This document shows positions 15,962 to 25,050 of a DNA stretch of 64,000 bases, in pieces (position 1 is the stretch's first letter; every line of letters begins with the position of its first letter). The DNA is taken from the NCBI GenBank assembly GCA_039630235.1, contig JBCNVI010000002.1, positions 57,501 through 121,500 on the forward strand, read 5' to 3'. The notes under the pieces were generated by a model, which searched no databases, had not been told where the DNA came from, and saw only the letters and a program-made list of their open reading frames with translations. The position numbers and the translations under genes were made by a program. This DNA is from Candidatus Hydrothermales bacterium (GTDB lineage: Bacteria > Hydrothermota > Hydrothermia > Hydrothermales > JAJRUZ01).

Positions 15962-17067
15962 AAAGAGTTGCAATCATAGGGAATCCAAACTCCGGCAAAT
16001 CAACTATTTTTAACAATTTAACAGGTTTAAATCAGAAAGTCAGAAATTGGTCTGGTGTAACCGTAGAAAAATATGAGGGAGAATTTACCTATAAAGATGA
16101 AAAGTTTCATATAGTTGATCTTCCGGGAACATATGGGCTCTATAGTCTTTCTACGGATGAAAAAGTTGCGAGAAGATTTTTGATAGAGGAAAAGCCAGAT
16201 GCCGTTATAGTAGTAGTTGATTCAACAAATATAGAAAAACATCTTTTTCTTTCAATCGAAACTCTCGAGATGGGACACAATGCAGTTCTTTGTCTTAATA
16301 TGACTGACCTTGCAAATGAAAAGGGATTAATCATTGACGAAAAAACTCTTTCAAAAATTTTAAAAATACCTTTTATTAAAACAATTGGGAATAAAAATAT
16401 AGGAACCGAGGATTTAAAAGAAGCAATATATCAGGTAGTTAAAAATAAAGAAGAGAAATTTTGAAAATAGATTATGGAAAAGAAGTTGAGGAGTTACTTG
16501 AAAGTTATTAAAAAAGAAATAAAATTTCCTGACTCTTTTCCTGAAAGGGGGGACTTATAAAGATATTTTCAAAGGACGAGGAGGTAATAGAGTTTTTAGG
16601 GGAAAAGAAAGAAGTGCTTCAAAGAACAGATAAGATTTCCCATTATCATGTTTACCGTTTTTTTGAATATCTCGTAATTGAAAAAATGGAGTAAGTTAAG
16701 GAAGTAGGGAATCTATTTTAGTAAAATTGGCTCCTTAATTTCTCCCATTTTTTCACCCGCAGGTTTTGATAGATGGGAAATTACAGTTGCACTTTTAAGT
16801 GGTATTGTGGCAAAAGAACTAGTAGTTGGCACTTTAGGTGTTATCTTTGGCGAAAAGCAGATAGTTACATCACTCAAGAAATTATTTAATCCCTTAACTG
16901 CTTACTCCTTTTTACTTATGTCCCTTATTTATACTCCCTGTATAGCAACAATGATAGCAATAAAGAATGAGGTAGGAATCAAGTATTTACTATTAACAAT
17001 ATTTTATACGCTATTTCTCGGGTGGATTGTGGCAGTAGTATTTTATCAAATAGCCTGTTTATTATAG
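15958..17067 (+). pseudogene. feoB: feoB remnant: G domain intact, helical domain frameshifted, most of the membrane domain deleted
   Basis: The TTG start overlaps the feoA stop. The G domain has VAIIGNPNSGKSTIFNNLTG, DLPG and LNMTD, and stops at 16464. KIDYGKEVEELLES.. and LKIFSKDEEVIEFLGEKKEVLQRTDKIS.. follow in other frames. Only the last ~100 aa of the membrane domain (16807-17067, ...TPCIATMIAIKNE...) remain. The locus spans about 1.1 kb. Confidence 0.8.
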
Positions 17068-17152
17068 ACATCTTTAAAATCAATTCAATTTTAGTCTATA
17101 ATTTTTATAATTCTTAGAGAATTAAAAGGGAGGATTAAAAGGAGTTAAAAAA

Positions 17153-18448
17153 ATGAATAAAATAAAATATGTAAATCTTAGGCCGGAGGAAATTCCAACG
17201 CATTGGTATAACATATTACCAGATTTACCAGAGCCGCTTCCTGAGCCAAAAGATCCACCAGAGGGTGAATCAAGACTAAAAAATTTACCAAAAATGATGC
17301 TTGAAGAATGCTTAAAACAAGAGTTCTCAAATGAAAGATGGATAGAAATACCTGAAGAATTGAGATTTTATTATATGCAAGCAGGTAGACCAAGACCACT
17401 TTTTAGAGCCTATGCTCTTGAAAAGTATCTTGATACACCAGCGCATCTTTACTATAAGGCAGAATTCTATAGTCCAACCGGCTCTCATAAGGTAAATACC
17501 GCACTTGCACAGTGTTACTACGCAAAAAAAGAGGGCTATAGAAGAGTTGTAACAGAAACAGGGGCAGGTCAATGGGGTTCAGCTCTTTCATACGCTGCAA
17601 GACTATTTGGATTAAAGTGCACTGTTTATTGGGTCAGAGCAGTTTATAAGTGGAAAACACAAAGAAGAATCTTTATGAAAATGCTCGGAGCAGATGTCTT
17701 TGCGTCACCCTCTCCAAATACAGAAACAGGAAGAAAACTTTACGAAAAAAATCCCGATCATCCTGGTTCTCTGGCAATAGCTATATCAGAAGGACTTGAA
17801 GATGCCTATAAAAACTCCGATACAGTTTATCTTTTAGGCTCTGTTTTAAATCATGTACTACTTCATCAAACAATAGTAGGTCTTGAAACAAAAAAACAAT
17901 TTGAATACTTTGGTGAATATCCTGATGTAATAATTTCCTGTCTTGGGGGCGGCTCAAATTTTGGAGGTCTTGCGCTTCCCTTTTATTATGATGTGCTAAA
18001 AGAAGGTAAAAAGATAAAGTTTATAGCTGCTCAAAGTGAAGTAGCACCAAACCTTTTAGGAGAATATAGGTATGACTTTGCTGATCACGCAGAAATAACA
18101 CCGATGCTTAAAATGTATACACTTGGACATAAAAAGGAAATGGATCCGATAAAAGCAGACGGCCTTAGATACCATGGGGCAGCACCAATTTTAAGCCTCT
18201 TAAGACACAAGGGTCTCCTTGATGTTAAGGTTTATCCAAAAGATGAAAAGTATGTTTTTGAAAGAGCAAGAGAATTTTTCCAATTAGAGGGATTTCTTCC
18301 TGCACCTGAGTCAGCATACAGTATAGCCTGTGCAATTGATGAAGCACTAAAATGTAAGGAAGCAGGAGAAAAGAAAGTAATAGCCTTTAACGTTTCAGGA
18401 CACGGCTTCCTTGATTTAGATGGTTACGGAGAGGTTCTAGGGATCTAA
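17153..18448 (+). CDS. trpB2: TrpB2-type tryptophan synthase beta-like PLP enzyme
   Basis: 431 aa. It has the long N-terminal extension typical of TrpB2, a PLP lysine in SPTGSHKVN and a GGGSNFGG loop. There is no adjacent trpA. Confidence 0.8.
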   Translation: MNKIKYVNLRPEEIPTHWYNILPDLPEPLPEPKDPPEGESRLKNLPKMMLEECLKQEFSNERWIEIPEELRFYYMQAGRPRPLFRAYALEKYLDTPAHLYYKAEFYSPTGSHKVNTALAQCYYAKKEGYRRVVTETGAGQWGSALSYAARLFGLKCTVYWVRAVYKWKTQRRIFMKMLGADVFASPSPNTETGRKLYEKNPDHPGSLAIAISEGLEDAYKNSDTVYLLGSVLNHVLLHQTIVGLETKKQFEYFGEYPDVIISCLGGGSNFGGLALPFYYDVLKEGKKIKFIAAQSEVAPNLLGEYRYDFADHAEITPMLKMYTLGHKKEMDPIKADGLRYHGAAPILSLLRHKGLLDVKVYPKDEKYVFERAREFFQLEGFLPAPESAYSIACAIDEALKCKEAGEKKVIAFNVSGHGFLDLDGYGEVLGI

Positions 18449-18452
18449 ATAA

Positions 18453-19376
18453 TTATTCTTTTACTATTTCAACTCTTCTATTTTTCGTTCTTCCCTCTTC
18501 AGTGTCGTTTGAGGCAACTGGGCAAAGTGGGCCAACACCAAAAGCTTTTAGTCTATCCCTTGAAATACCGTATTTTTTAACGAGTTCCTCAACAACGCTT
18601 TGAGCCCTTCTTCTTGATAGATCCATATTGTATTCAAGCTTACCAACATTATCTGTATGACCTACTATATAAACTTTAATTTCAGGATTTTCCTTTAAGA
18701 ATTTTGCTATTTCCCTTAAAGCGGGTTCTGATTCAGGCTTTATATCTGCCTTGTCAAAATCAAAGTAAATTCCATATATTGCAACATGTCCCTTTTTCAT
18801 TATTTCTTCCCTTATTTCCTCAGCCCTAATAAGACCGATCTCCATTTCTTTTCTTTCGGCGATTCCCAAAAATACAACAGGGTTATAGTCCCAACCTTCA
18901 AGAACTGTAATTGAAACTCCTATATTTTTTTTCTTTGCTGAAATATGAAAGAATTCAGAAGGCTTATTTTCTGTTTGATAAACAGCACGAAATATTTTGT
19001 TGTACTTTGATAAAAATTCCCTTATGCCCTTAATTTTTTCTCCCTTACCTATATAGATTATTTCAAAATCTCCTTTTTTCAAAGCATGTTCATAATTTTT
19101 AAAGACTTCATAAGTAGATCTTTCTTTAGGACAGTGATACATAATAAAAGTAACTTTACCTTCAAAGAGTTCCTTTTTTGCAGATTCAACATCCTTATCA
19201 GCCGAAGACGGGACTGGTCCAGCAAGAAGATATAACCTTTCAAATTCTCTTACCTCATAAATAGCGATTCTTGAACCAGGAAACCTAGAGATTAAAGGGT
19301 GATCCTTACTTCCCGGAACATCTCCTGTTTTTGCATAAATAATAAGAGACAAAAAAGCTATGATTTTACTCTTCAT
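18453..19376 (-). CDS. OmpA-domain outer-membrane/periplasmic protein
   Basis: Signal peptide. The C-terminal OmpA-like domain reads FDFDKADIKPES...VGHTDNVGKLEYNMDLSRRRAQSV...NRRVEIV. Confidence 0.85.
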   Translation of the reverse strand: MKSKIIAFLSLIIYAKTGDVPGSKDHPLISRFPGSRIAIYEVREFERLYLLAGPVPSSADKDVESAKKELFEGKVTFIMYHCPKERSTYEVFKNYEHALKKGDFEIIYIGKGEKIKGIREFLSKYNKIFRAVYQTENKPSEFFHISAKKKNIGVSITVLEGWDYNPVVFLGIAERKEMEIGLIRAEEIREEIMKKGHVAIYGIYFDFDKADIKPESEPALREIAKFLKENPEIKVYIVGHTDNVGKLEYNMDLSRRRAQSVVEELVKKYGISRDRLKAFGVGPLCPVASNDTEEGRTKNRRVEIVKE

Positions 19377-19411
19377 AACATTCCTCCTTTAAGCTTTAAA
19401 TTTTTAGAGAT

Positions 19412-20824
19412 CTAAACATATTTAATTTCATCGTTAAAGACAACAGCTACTAATTCGTTTTTCTTGTTTAAAATGATTAAATCAGCATCATAGCCCTCTT
19501 TTAGTTTACCCCTGTTTTCCTCTTCAAAAGAGAATATTCTCGGATTTTCTGTATAGAGCTTTAATGAAGTTTCAAAATTGATCCTCTCGGTAGGAATAGG
19601 GTGATTAACAGCTCCTTCTATTCCATACAAAGGTCCTATGGGCATACAATCAGAACCAAAGGAAAGCATAAGGTTTTCAGAAAGTAGCCTGTTAAATGGA
19701 TTCATATTCCTCCATCTTTTTTCGCCAAGTCTTTTATAGTACATTCCATATTTTTCTTGCCACTCCCTTACAAAATTGGGTTGCATTGATATATATATAT
19801 TGCTCTTTTTTGCCATCTTTATAATATTTTTATTAACAAGCTCAAAGTGCTCTATTCTATGTCTTAAGCTGTTATGGGAGATCAGTTTATTAAAAACTTT
19901 TAAAACAAATTCTATTGCAGCATCTCCTATTGCATGCACAAGAAGCTGTAAGCCTTTGTTTTCTGCATATCTTATAAAACCTTCAAGTTCCTTATCACTA
20001 ATCAGAAGTTTCCCTCTTTCACCTTTTGAGTCACTATAACTTCTATTTAAAAAGGCAGTCCTTGCCCCTATTGATCCATCAGAAAAAACCTTTATTCCCT
20101 TTAATTTCAGAAATCTTCTTTCTTTAAATTTATCCTTTATTTTCTCAAACTCATCAATCTCAACTAAACTTTTTAGAGCAACATATAAGTTCACCCTAAT
20201 TAAAAAATCTTTTTCATCAAATTCTAAGATGTTTTCAAAATTTCTAAGACCTAATATTTCATGTACCTCTGTTATTCCAAAAGAGAGAGCAATTTCTTGA
20301 CCCTTAACAAAAGCTCTTTTTATCTCTTCTTTAGAGGGTGGAAAATAGTAATTTAGGTAAAGGGGAACATCTTCTTTCATAACTCCTGTTTCAAAATCAA
20401 TATTTTTAGCCTCTTTTGATTTTAAAATTTCAAGGGCCTTTGAATTTCCTACAGCAAAATGACCACACACTCTCCTTAAAATTATTGGAACATCTTTTGA
20501 TATTTTATCAAGCTCTTCTCTTTTAGGAAACTCTTTTTCTTTCCATTTACTTTCATCGAAATCATAAGCAATAACTAAATCTTTCTCTATCTCTAAGATT
20601 TTTTTTAAAAATTCGTAAACTTCTTCTTTTGATCTTTTTTCTTTTAAAGAGTGCCTTATGTGAGATAATCCCATCTGAATTAAATGGGTATGAGAATCAC
20701 AAAAAGAGGGGAAAATTTTTGCGTCTTCAAATGTAAAGTTTGACTCTATCTCTCCCTTTTTATATACCCCCCTAATTTTTTCCCTTTCTATTTTTATAAC
20801 CTTCTCAGAATCAGCTATTATCAC
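19412..20824 (-). CDS. Metal-dependent amidohydrolase (YtcJ-like, amidohydrolase_3)
   Basis: 470 aa. The N-terminal metal motif is FCDSHTHL. Later motifs HAIGDAA, HFE and GSDCMP fit the amidohydrolase fold. Confidence 0.7.
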   Translation of the reverse strand: MIIADSEKVIKIEREKIRGVYKKGEIESNFTFEDAKIFPSFCDSHTHLIQMGLSHIRHSLKEKRSKEEVYEFLKKILEIEKDLVIAYDFDESKWKEKEFPKREELDKISKDVPIILRRVCGHFAVGNSKALEILKSKEAKNIDFETGVMKEDVPLYLNYYFPPSKEEIKRAFVKGQEIALSFGITEVHEILGLRNFENILEFDEKDFLIRVNLYVALKSLVEIDEFEKIKDKFKERRFLKLKGIKVFSDGSIGARTAFLNRSYSDSKGERGKLLISDKELEGFIRYAENKGLQLLVHAIGDAAIEFVLKVFNKLISHNSLRHRIEHFELVNKNIIKMAKKSNIYISMQPNFVREWQEKYGMYYKRLGEKRWRNMNPFNRLLSENLMLSFGSDCMPIGPLYGIEGAVNHPIPTERINFETSLKLYTENPRIFSFEEENRGKLKEGYDADLIILNKKNELVAVVFNDEIKYV

Positions 20825-20840
20825 AAACGATCCCTAAGCT

Positions 20841-22040
20841 CTATGCTCCAAACTTTTCTAACTTTCCAGATAGGGCAAGTAAAAGTGGTAAAAGCTCTTT
20901 ACCTTTTATAGTCCCGAGATAACCTTTTAAAACTTCTCTTTCATCGAACTTTTTACAATCATCAGGTTCTACAAGTGGTGAATAGATAAGAAGAGGGGTA
21001 GGGTGCCATGAATGACTCCTTAAGACTGCTGGTGTAGAGTGGTCAGCTGTTATTGCTATCACATCTGCACCTGCGTTAACTATTTGAGGAATATACCTAT
21101 CCACATTTTCTATTTCCTTAACTTTACCGTAAAAGTCTCCATCTTCACCCTTTTTGTCGGTTTCTTTGTAGTGAAGATAAACAAAATCGTAATTTTTAAG
21201 AGCCTCTGGCAAAATTTTACAAGCCTCTTCAAAACTGTTCACATTTTCAAAAACATCCATTCCAACAAGCTTTGCAAGTCCCTTATACATAGGATAGTAA
21301 GCAATTCCACAAGCTTTGAGTTTCCATTTTTCTTCAAAGGTTTCCCAGTCTGGTAGAGTAGAAAATCCCCTTAAAAGAACATAATTTGCTCTTTTTTCAT
21401 CCTTTAAGATAGAAGCAGCCTTTTTTAAGAAAGTTTCTACTACTCTTTTTGTTTTTTCTGTTTTTTTATCCTTCGCAATAAGCTCAAGAGGTTTTTTGCC
21501 TTCTTTTAAGGGATCAGTATCTCTAAGTTCAGGTGAAAGATCTTCGCCCCTTAGAATCAAAACAAATCTGTGTTCTTTTCCCGGATATAGTATAATTTCT
21601 ACATCTTCAATTTTTTCAATTTCACCTTTTAACTTCTCAACAAGTTTTTTTGATTCTTCGGTTTCGATTCTTCCAGCTCTTCTATCGATAACATAGCCGT
21701 TTTCGTCGATTTTACAAAAATTGCATCTTATGGCTATATCGCCTTTTCTAAGATCTGCCCCCACTCCAAGTGCTTCAAGAACGCCCCTTCCAATCTGATA
21801 TTTGAATGGATCATAGCCAAAAAGAGAAAGATGAGCAGGTCCGCTTCCAGGTGTTACTCCCCATTCACAGGTCAAAATTCTCCCACATGTAGATTTTTTT
21901 GCAAGCTCATCAAGATTTGGCTTATTTGCTACCTCCATTTCTGTTTTTCCATCCTTGGGAAGTCCAGAAAGACCATCTATAACAAAAAGTAATATTTTTT
22001 TATTATTTTTTATTAAAATTTCCCTTACAATCTCCTCCAT
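20841..22040 (-). CDS. apgM: Cofactor-independent phosphoglycerate mutase, archaeal ApgM family (bacterial homologues are also proposed as alternative homoserine kinases)
   Basis: 399 aa. Motifs LLFVIDGLSGLP, GSGPAHLSLFGYDP and ITADHSTP belong to the alkaline-phosphatase-superfamily metalloenzyme pattern. Confidence 0.75.
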   Translation of the reverse strand: MEEIVREILIKNNKKILLFVIDGLSGLPKDGKTEMEVANKPNLDELAKKSTCGRILTCEWGVTPGSGPAHLSLFGYDPFKYQIGRGVLEALGVGADLRKGDIAIRCNFCKIDENGYVIDRRAGRIETEESKKLVEKLKGEIEKIEDVEIILYPGKEHRFVLILRGEDLSPELRDTDPLKEGKKPLELIAKDKKTEKTKRVVETFLKKAASILKDEKRANYVLLRGFSTLPDWETFEEKWKLKACGIAYYPMYKGLAKLVGMDVFENVNSFEEACKILPEALKNYDFVYLHYKETDKKGEDGDFYGKVKEIENVDRYIPQIVNAGADVIAITADHSTPAVLRSHSWHPTPLLIYSPLVEPDDCKKFDEREVLKGYLGTIKGKELLPLLLALSGKLEKFGA

Positions 22041-22059
22041 AGTTTAATTTTAAAGTTTT

Positions 22060-23064
22060 TTAAAATACAAATTCAGTCTTAACCGACTTATCTACTTCAA
22101 AAGGTAAATTTGCTTTTAACTTCAAAAATATTTTCCAATTACTTTTCTCTGTAATTTTTAAAAAATTAACTTTCTCTGGAAAGTAAAAATCGTTAAAAAC
22201 ATATATATTTCTATCTTTTGAAATTTTTAAATCATATCTTATTTCATAGCTTCCTGCTTCTTGTAGGTTTGAAATTGTCTCTCTGAAAATATGAGGATTA
22301 ATTGAATCACCTTTGTAAATCCATTCTATTTCAAGGTTAAGACTTTTTGCTTTACCCTTATTAAAAAGTGAAACGTGAAATATAGCTTCTCCACCCCTTA
22401 CTTCCAATAAGTTAGCGTGTACACTTAATTCATTCTTAAAATTTAGACCATCTTCCTTTAACTTAAATTTTTCTATAAAAGTATCATCAGTAAATAAAAA
22501 TAGGGCTTTCCTCAAATAAGGGCAACTTAGTACAAAACCTGGACTCTCAATAACTCCGCCCTTTGAATCAAGGTAACCTAAAGCTTTACCTTTTTTAACC
22601 TTTACTTCAAACTCAGAAACATTTTTAAATTCATATCTTTTTTCATCACAAACTCTATACCTTGTAACAACTTTGGGAACCTTTGATTCCTCTAAACTCC
22701 TCTCTATAAAAATTTCTCCACTCGTTATTTTTATCTTTTTAACTTTTTTTCTTAAAACGAACTTAATCAAAAAATTTTCTCTTTCTTCAGAGGTCTTTAT
22801 TTCACCTATATTTTTTAAAAAAGAGTCAACCCAATCTATAGCTTTATTTTTAAAGAAGTGATCTAAAATTGTAAAAAATTCAAACAACAAACTAAAAAAG
22901 ATAAAACTAACAGCAAAATAAAGAACGTAACTTTTCTCAAATCTTTTGTATATTAAATAAAAAGTGATAAGAGTTATTAAAAAAGAAATAATAAAAATAA
23001 AAACGAGGAGAGATATTCTAAAGTGAGGGGGTTTAAAAAAGTTTATCTTCCAAGATGTGGTCAA
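22060..23064 (-). CDS. Hypothetical membrane-anchored protein
   Basis: 334 aa with two N-terminal TM helices followed by a beta-rich soluble domain. I recognise no motif. It overlaps the sirtuin gene by 4 nt. Confidence 0.5.
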   Translation of the reverse strand: MTTSWKINFFKPPHFRISLLVFIFIISFLITLITFYLIYKRFEKSYVLYFAVSFIFFSLLFEFFTILDHFFKNKAIDWVDSFLKNIGEIKTSEERENFLIKFVLRKKVKKIKITSGEIFIERSLEESKVPKVVTRYRVCDEKRYEFKNVSEFEVKVKKGKALGYLDSKGGVIESPGFVLSCPYLRKALFLFTDDTFIEKFKLKEDGLNFKNELSVHANLLEVRGGEAIFHVSLFNKGKAKSLNLEIEWIYKGDSINPHIFRETISNLQEAGSYEIRYDLKISKDRNIYVFNDFYFPEKVNFLKITEKSNWKIFLKLKANLPFEVDKSVKTEFVF

Positions 23065-23786
23065 ATTATCTCCTCAAAAACTTCTTTTGCTTTTCCCCTT
23101 ATTGAAATATCCGCAAAGCAAGATATATCCGTTTCCTCTGGATTTATCTCAAAAACTTTTTTATTTCTCTCTTTAAAAATAAAGGGCAACAAAGCTGCAG
23201 GATAAACAAAAAGAGAAGTTCCAACAACAAGTATTGCCTCCTTTGAATCAATAGACTCAAAAATTATTTTAAGAACTTCACTTGGAATAGGCTCTGTAAA
23301 CCATACTACGTTTGGCCTTAACAAGGAATTACACCTTCCACATCTTGGTGGTAATTCATCTTCTCTAAAAACTTTCTTTTCAAATTTCACATGTCCACAT
23401 CCTGTACAAAGCGTCTCAAATATATTTCCATGCATTTCAACTAACTTCTTTGAGCCTGCGTCTCTATGGAGATTATCAACATTCTGTGTAACAAGTAAAA
23501 AATCTTCTATCATATCTTCAAGTTTTTTTATAGCAAAATGAGCATAATTAGGAGCAGCTTTTAAAATAATACTTCTTCTCCAATTATACCACTCCCATAC
23601 AAGTTTAGGATTTTCTCTAAAAGCATAAGGAGTAGCTAACTTAGTTGCATCATAGTTTCTCCAAAGTCCATCTTCACCCCTAAAGGTTGGAACACCACTA
23701 TCCTTTGAAATACCCGCTCCTGTCAAAACCATCAATGATTTAGCATTTAAAATAAATTCTCTTAATTTCTTAATTTCTTGTTTCAT
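23061..23786 (-). CDS. cobB: NAD-dependent protein deacylase (sirtuin, CobB/Sir2)
   Basis: GAGISKDSGVPTFRG, QNVDNLH, Zn ribbon CTGCG...CGRC, GTSLFVYPA. Confidence 0.9.
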   Translation of the reverse strand: MKQEIKKLREFILNAKSLMVLTGAGISKDSGVPTFRGEDGLWRNYDATKLATPYAFRENPKLVWEWYNWRRSIILKAAPNYAHFAIKKLEDMIEDFLLVTQNVDNLHRDAGSKKLVEMHGNIFETLCTGCGHVKFEKKVFREDELPPRCGRCNSLLRPNVVWFTEPIPSEVLKIIFESIDSKEAILVVGTSLFVYPAALLPFIFKERNKKVFEINPEETDISCFADISIRGKAKEVFEEII

Positions 23787-25050
23787 TGACTAATTCTATT
23801 TTTGCTCCAATTTTTTTTAATTTATCTACAACACTATCGTACCCCCTTTTAATGTTTTCAACGCCGTAAATTTGAGATTTACCCTCTGCTAAAAGAGCAG
23901 CTAAAATAAGCGCTGCCCCAGCTCTTATATCCGGTGCAAAAAGTGGAGCACTCTTTAGATTAGTTTTTCCTTCAACTTTGGCATAGCCAGGACCAACTTC
24001 AATATTTGCCCCCATTTTTATTAACTCACCGACATAACCAAACCTCTCAGGATAGATCCTTTCCCTAACTAAACTTTTACCTTTTGCTTGCGTCAAAAGA
24101 GAAACAATTTGAGGCTGACAATCAGTAGGATAACCAGGATAGGGCGCCGTCGAAACATTAATAGGCTTAAGATCAAAGTCCTTCTGACTTTCTAAATAGA
24201 GGTAATCACCCCTATTTTCTATATAAATACCCATCTTTTTTAGTTTACCTATCACATTCTCTAAAAGATTATATGGGTTTGGTCTTAGAATCAACTCTCC
24301 GCCTGCTCCAGCTACGAACATCATGTAAGTTGCTGCCTCTATTCTATCGGGAATATTAGAGAAGCTCTCTGGAGCCTTTAAATTTCTATTCCCCCATATA
24401 AAGGCCTTTCTCTTTTCAACTTCTATTTTTGCTCCTGCTTTTTTTAAAAACTCAAATAGATGGATAACTTCTGGTTCAAGAGATATATTCTCTAAAACTA
24501 TTTCCTCTTCAATTTTGGCTGCTGTCATAGCAAGATGTGCTGTTGCACCAACACTTACCCTGGGAAAACTTATCTTAGCTCCTTTAAACTTTTTTGCCTT
24601 TGCAATTACATATCCACCCTCAATTTCAATTTCAGCCCCAATTTTTTTAAGTCCGGCTATGTGAAAATTTATTGGTCTTGGTCCAAATGAACACCCACCA
24701 GGAATTCCAACCTTAGCTACACCCTCTGTTACAAGAAGTGGACCCAAAACATAAATAGAGGCCCTCATCTTCTGAATAAAAGAAAGCGGCGCAGAAGAAG
24801 TAACTATGCCCCTATTTTCAATTATCGCCCTATTTTCTTCTTTAATATATTTAACTTCAAGTCCCAGATATGAAAGTAGGGAAAGCATCGTATTTACGTC
24901 TTCAACGTAAGGTATATTAGAAAATTCTGTCTTACCCTCCATTAAAATCATTGATGCAAATAAGGGTAAAGCACAGTTTTTTGCTCCCTGAAGTTTTATT
25001 TCTCCCTTAAGTGGAACACCACCCTCTATACAAATAAAATCCCTATTCAA
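23770..25050 (-). CDS. murA: UDP-N-acetylglucosamine 1-carboxyvinyltransferase
   Basis: 426 aa with active-site Cys loop PGGCSFGPRPIN and a typical N-terminal GGVPLKGEIKLQGAKN. Confidence 0.92.
   Translation of the reverse strand: MNRDFICIEGGVPLKGEIKLQGAKNCALPLFASMILMEGKTEFSNIPYVEDVNTMLSLLSYLGLEVKYIKEENRAIIENRGIVTSSAPLSFIQKMRASIYVLGPLLVTEGVAKVGIPGGCSFGPRPINFHIAGLKKIGAEIEIEGGYVIAKAKKFKGAKISFPRVSVGATAHLAMTAAKIEEEIVLENISLEPEVIHLFEFLKKAGAKIEVEKRKAFIWGNRNLKAPESFSNIPDRIEAATYMMFVAGAGGELILRPNPYNLLENVIGKLKKMGIYIENRGDYLYLESQKDFDLKPINVSTAPYPGYPTDCQPQIVSLLTQAKGKSLVRERIYPERFGYVGELIKMGANIEVGPGYAKVEGKTNLKSAPLFAPDIRAGAALILAALLAEGKSQIYGVENIKRGYDSVVDKLKKIGAKIELVNETRN

Noticed and set aside
17178-17600. Minus-strand ORFs inside trpB2, and similar antisense ORFs elsewhere (for example 1228-1434, 1719-1910, 8178-8366, 19776-20039, 21039-21696, 58224-59298, 59870-60067, 60858-61202, 61740-61946)
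   Set aside because: Each is fully contained, on the opposite strand, within a longer ORF that carries recognisable family motifs. None has an RBS or independent support.
22060-23786. SIR2-domain protein coupled to an unknown membrane protein, as a possible SIR2-type anti-phage defence pair
   Set aside because: The SIR2 protein is a compact 241-aa sirtuin with complete deacylase motifs (GAGIS..SGVPTFRG, QNVDNLH) and the C4 zinc ribbon, as in housekeeping CobB. It sits between murA and central-metabolism genes. There is no effector-style fusion or defence-island context.
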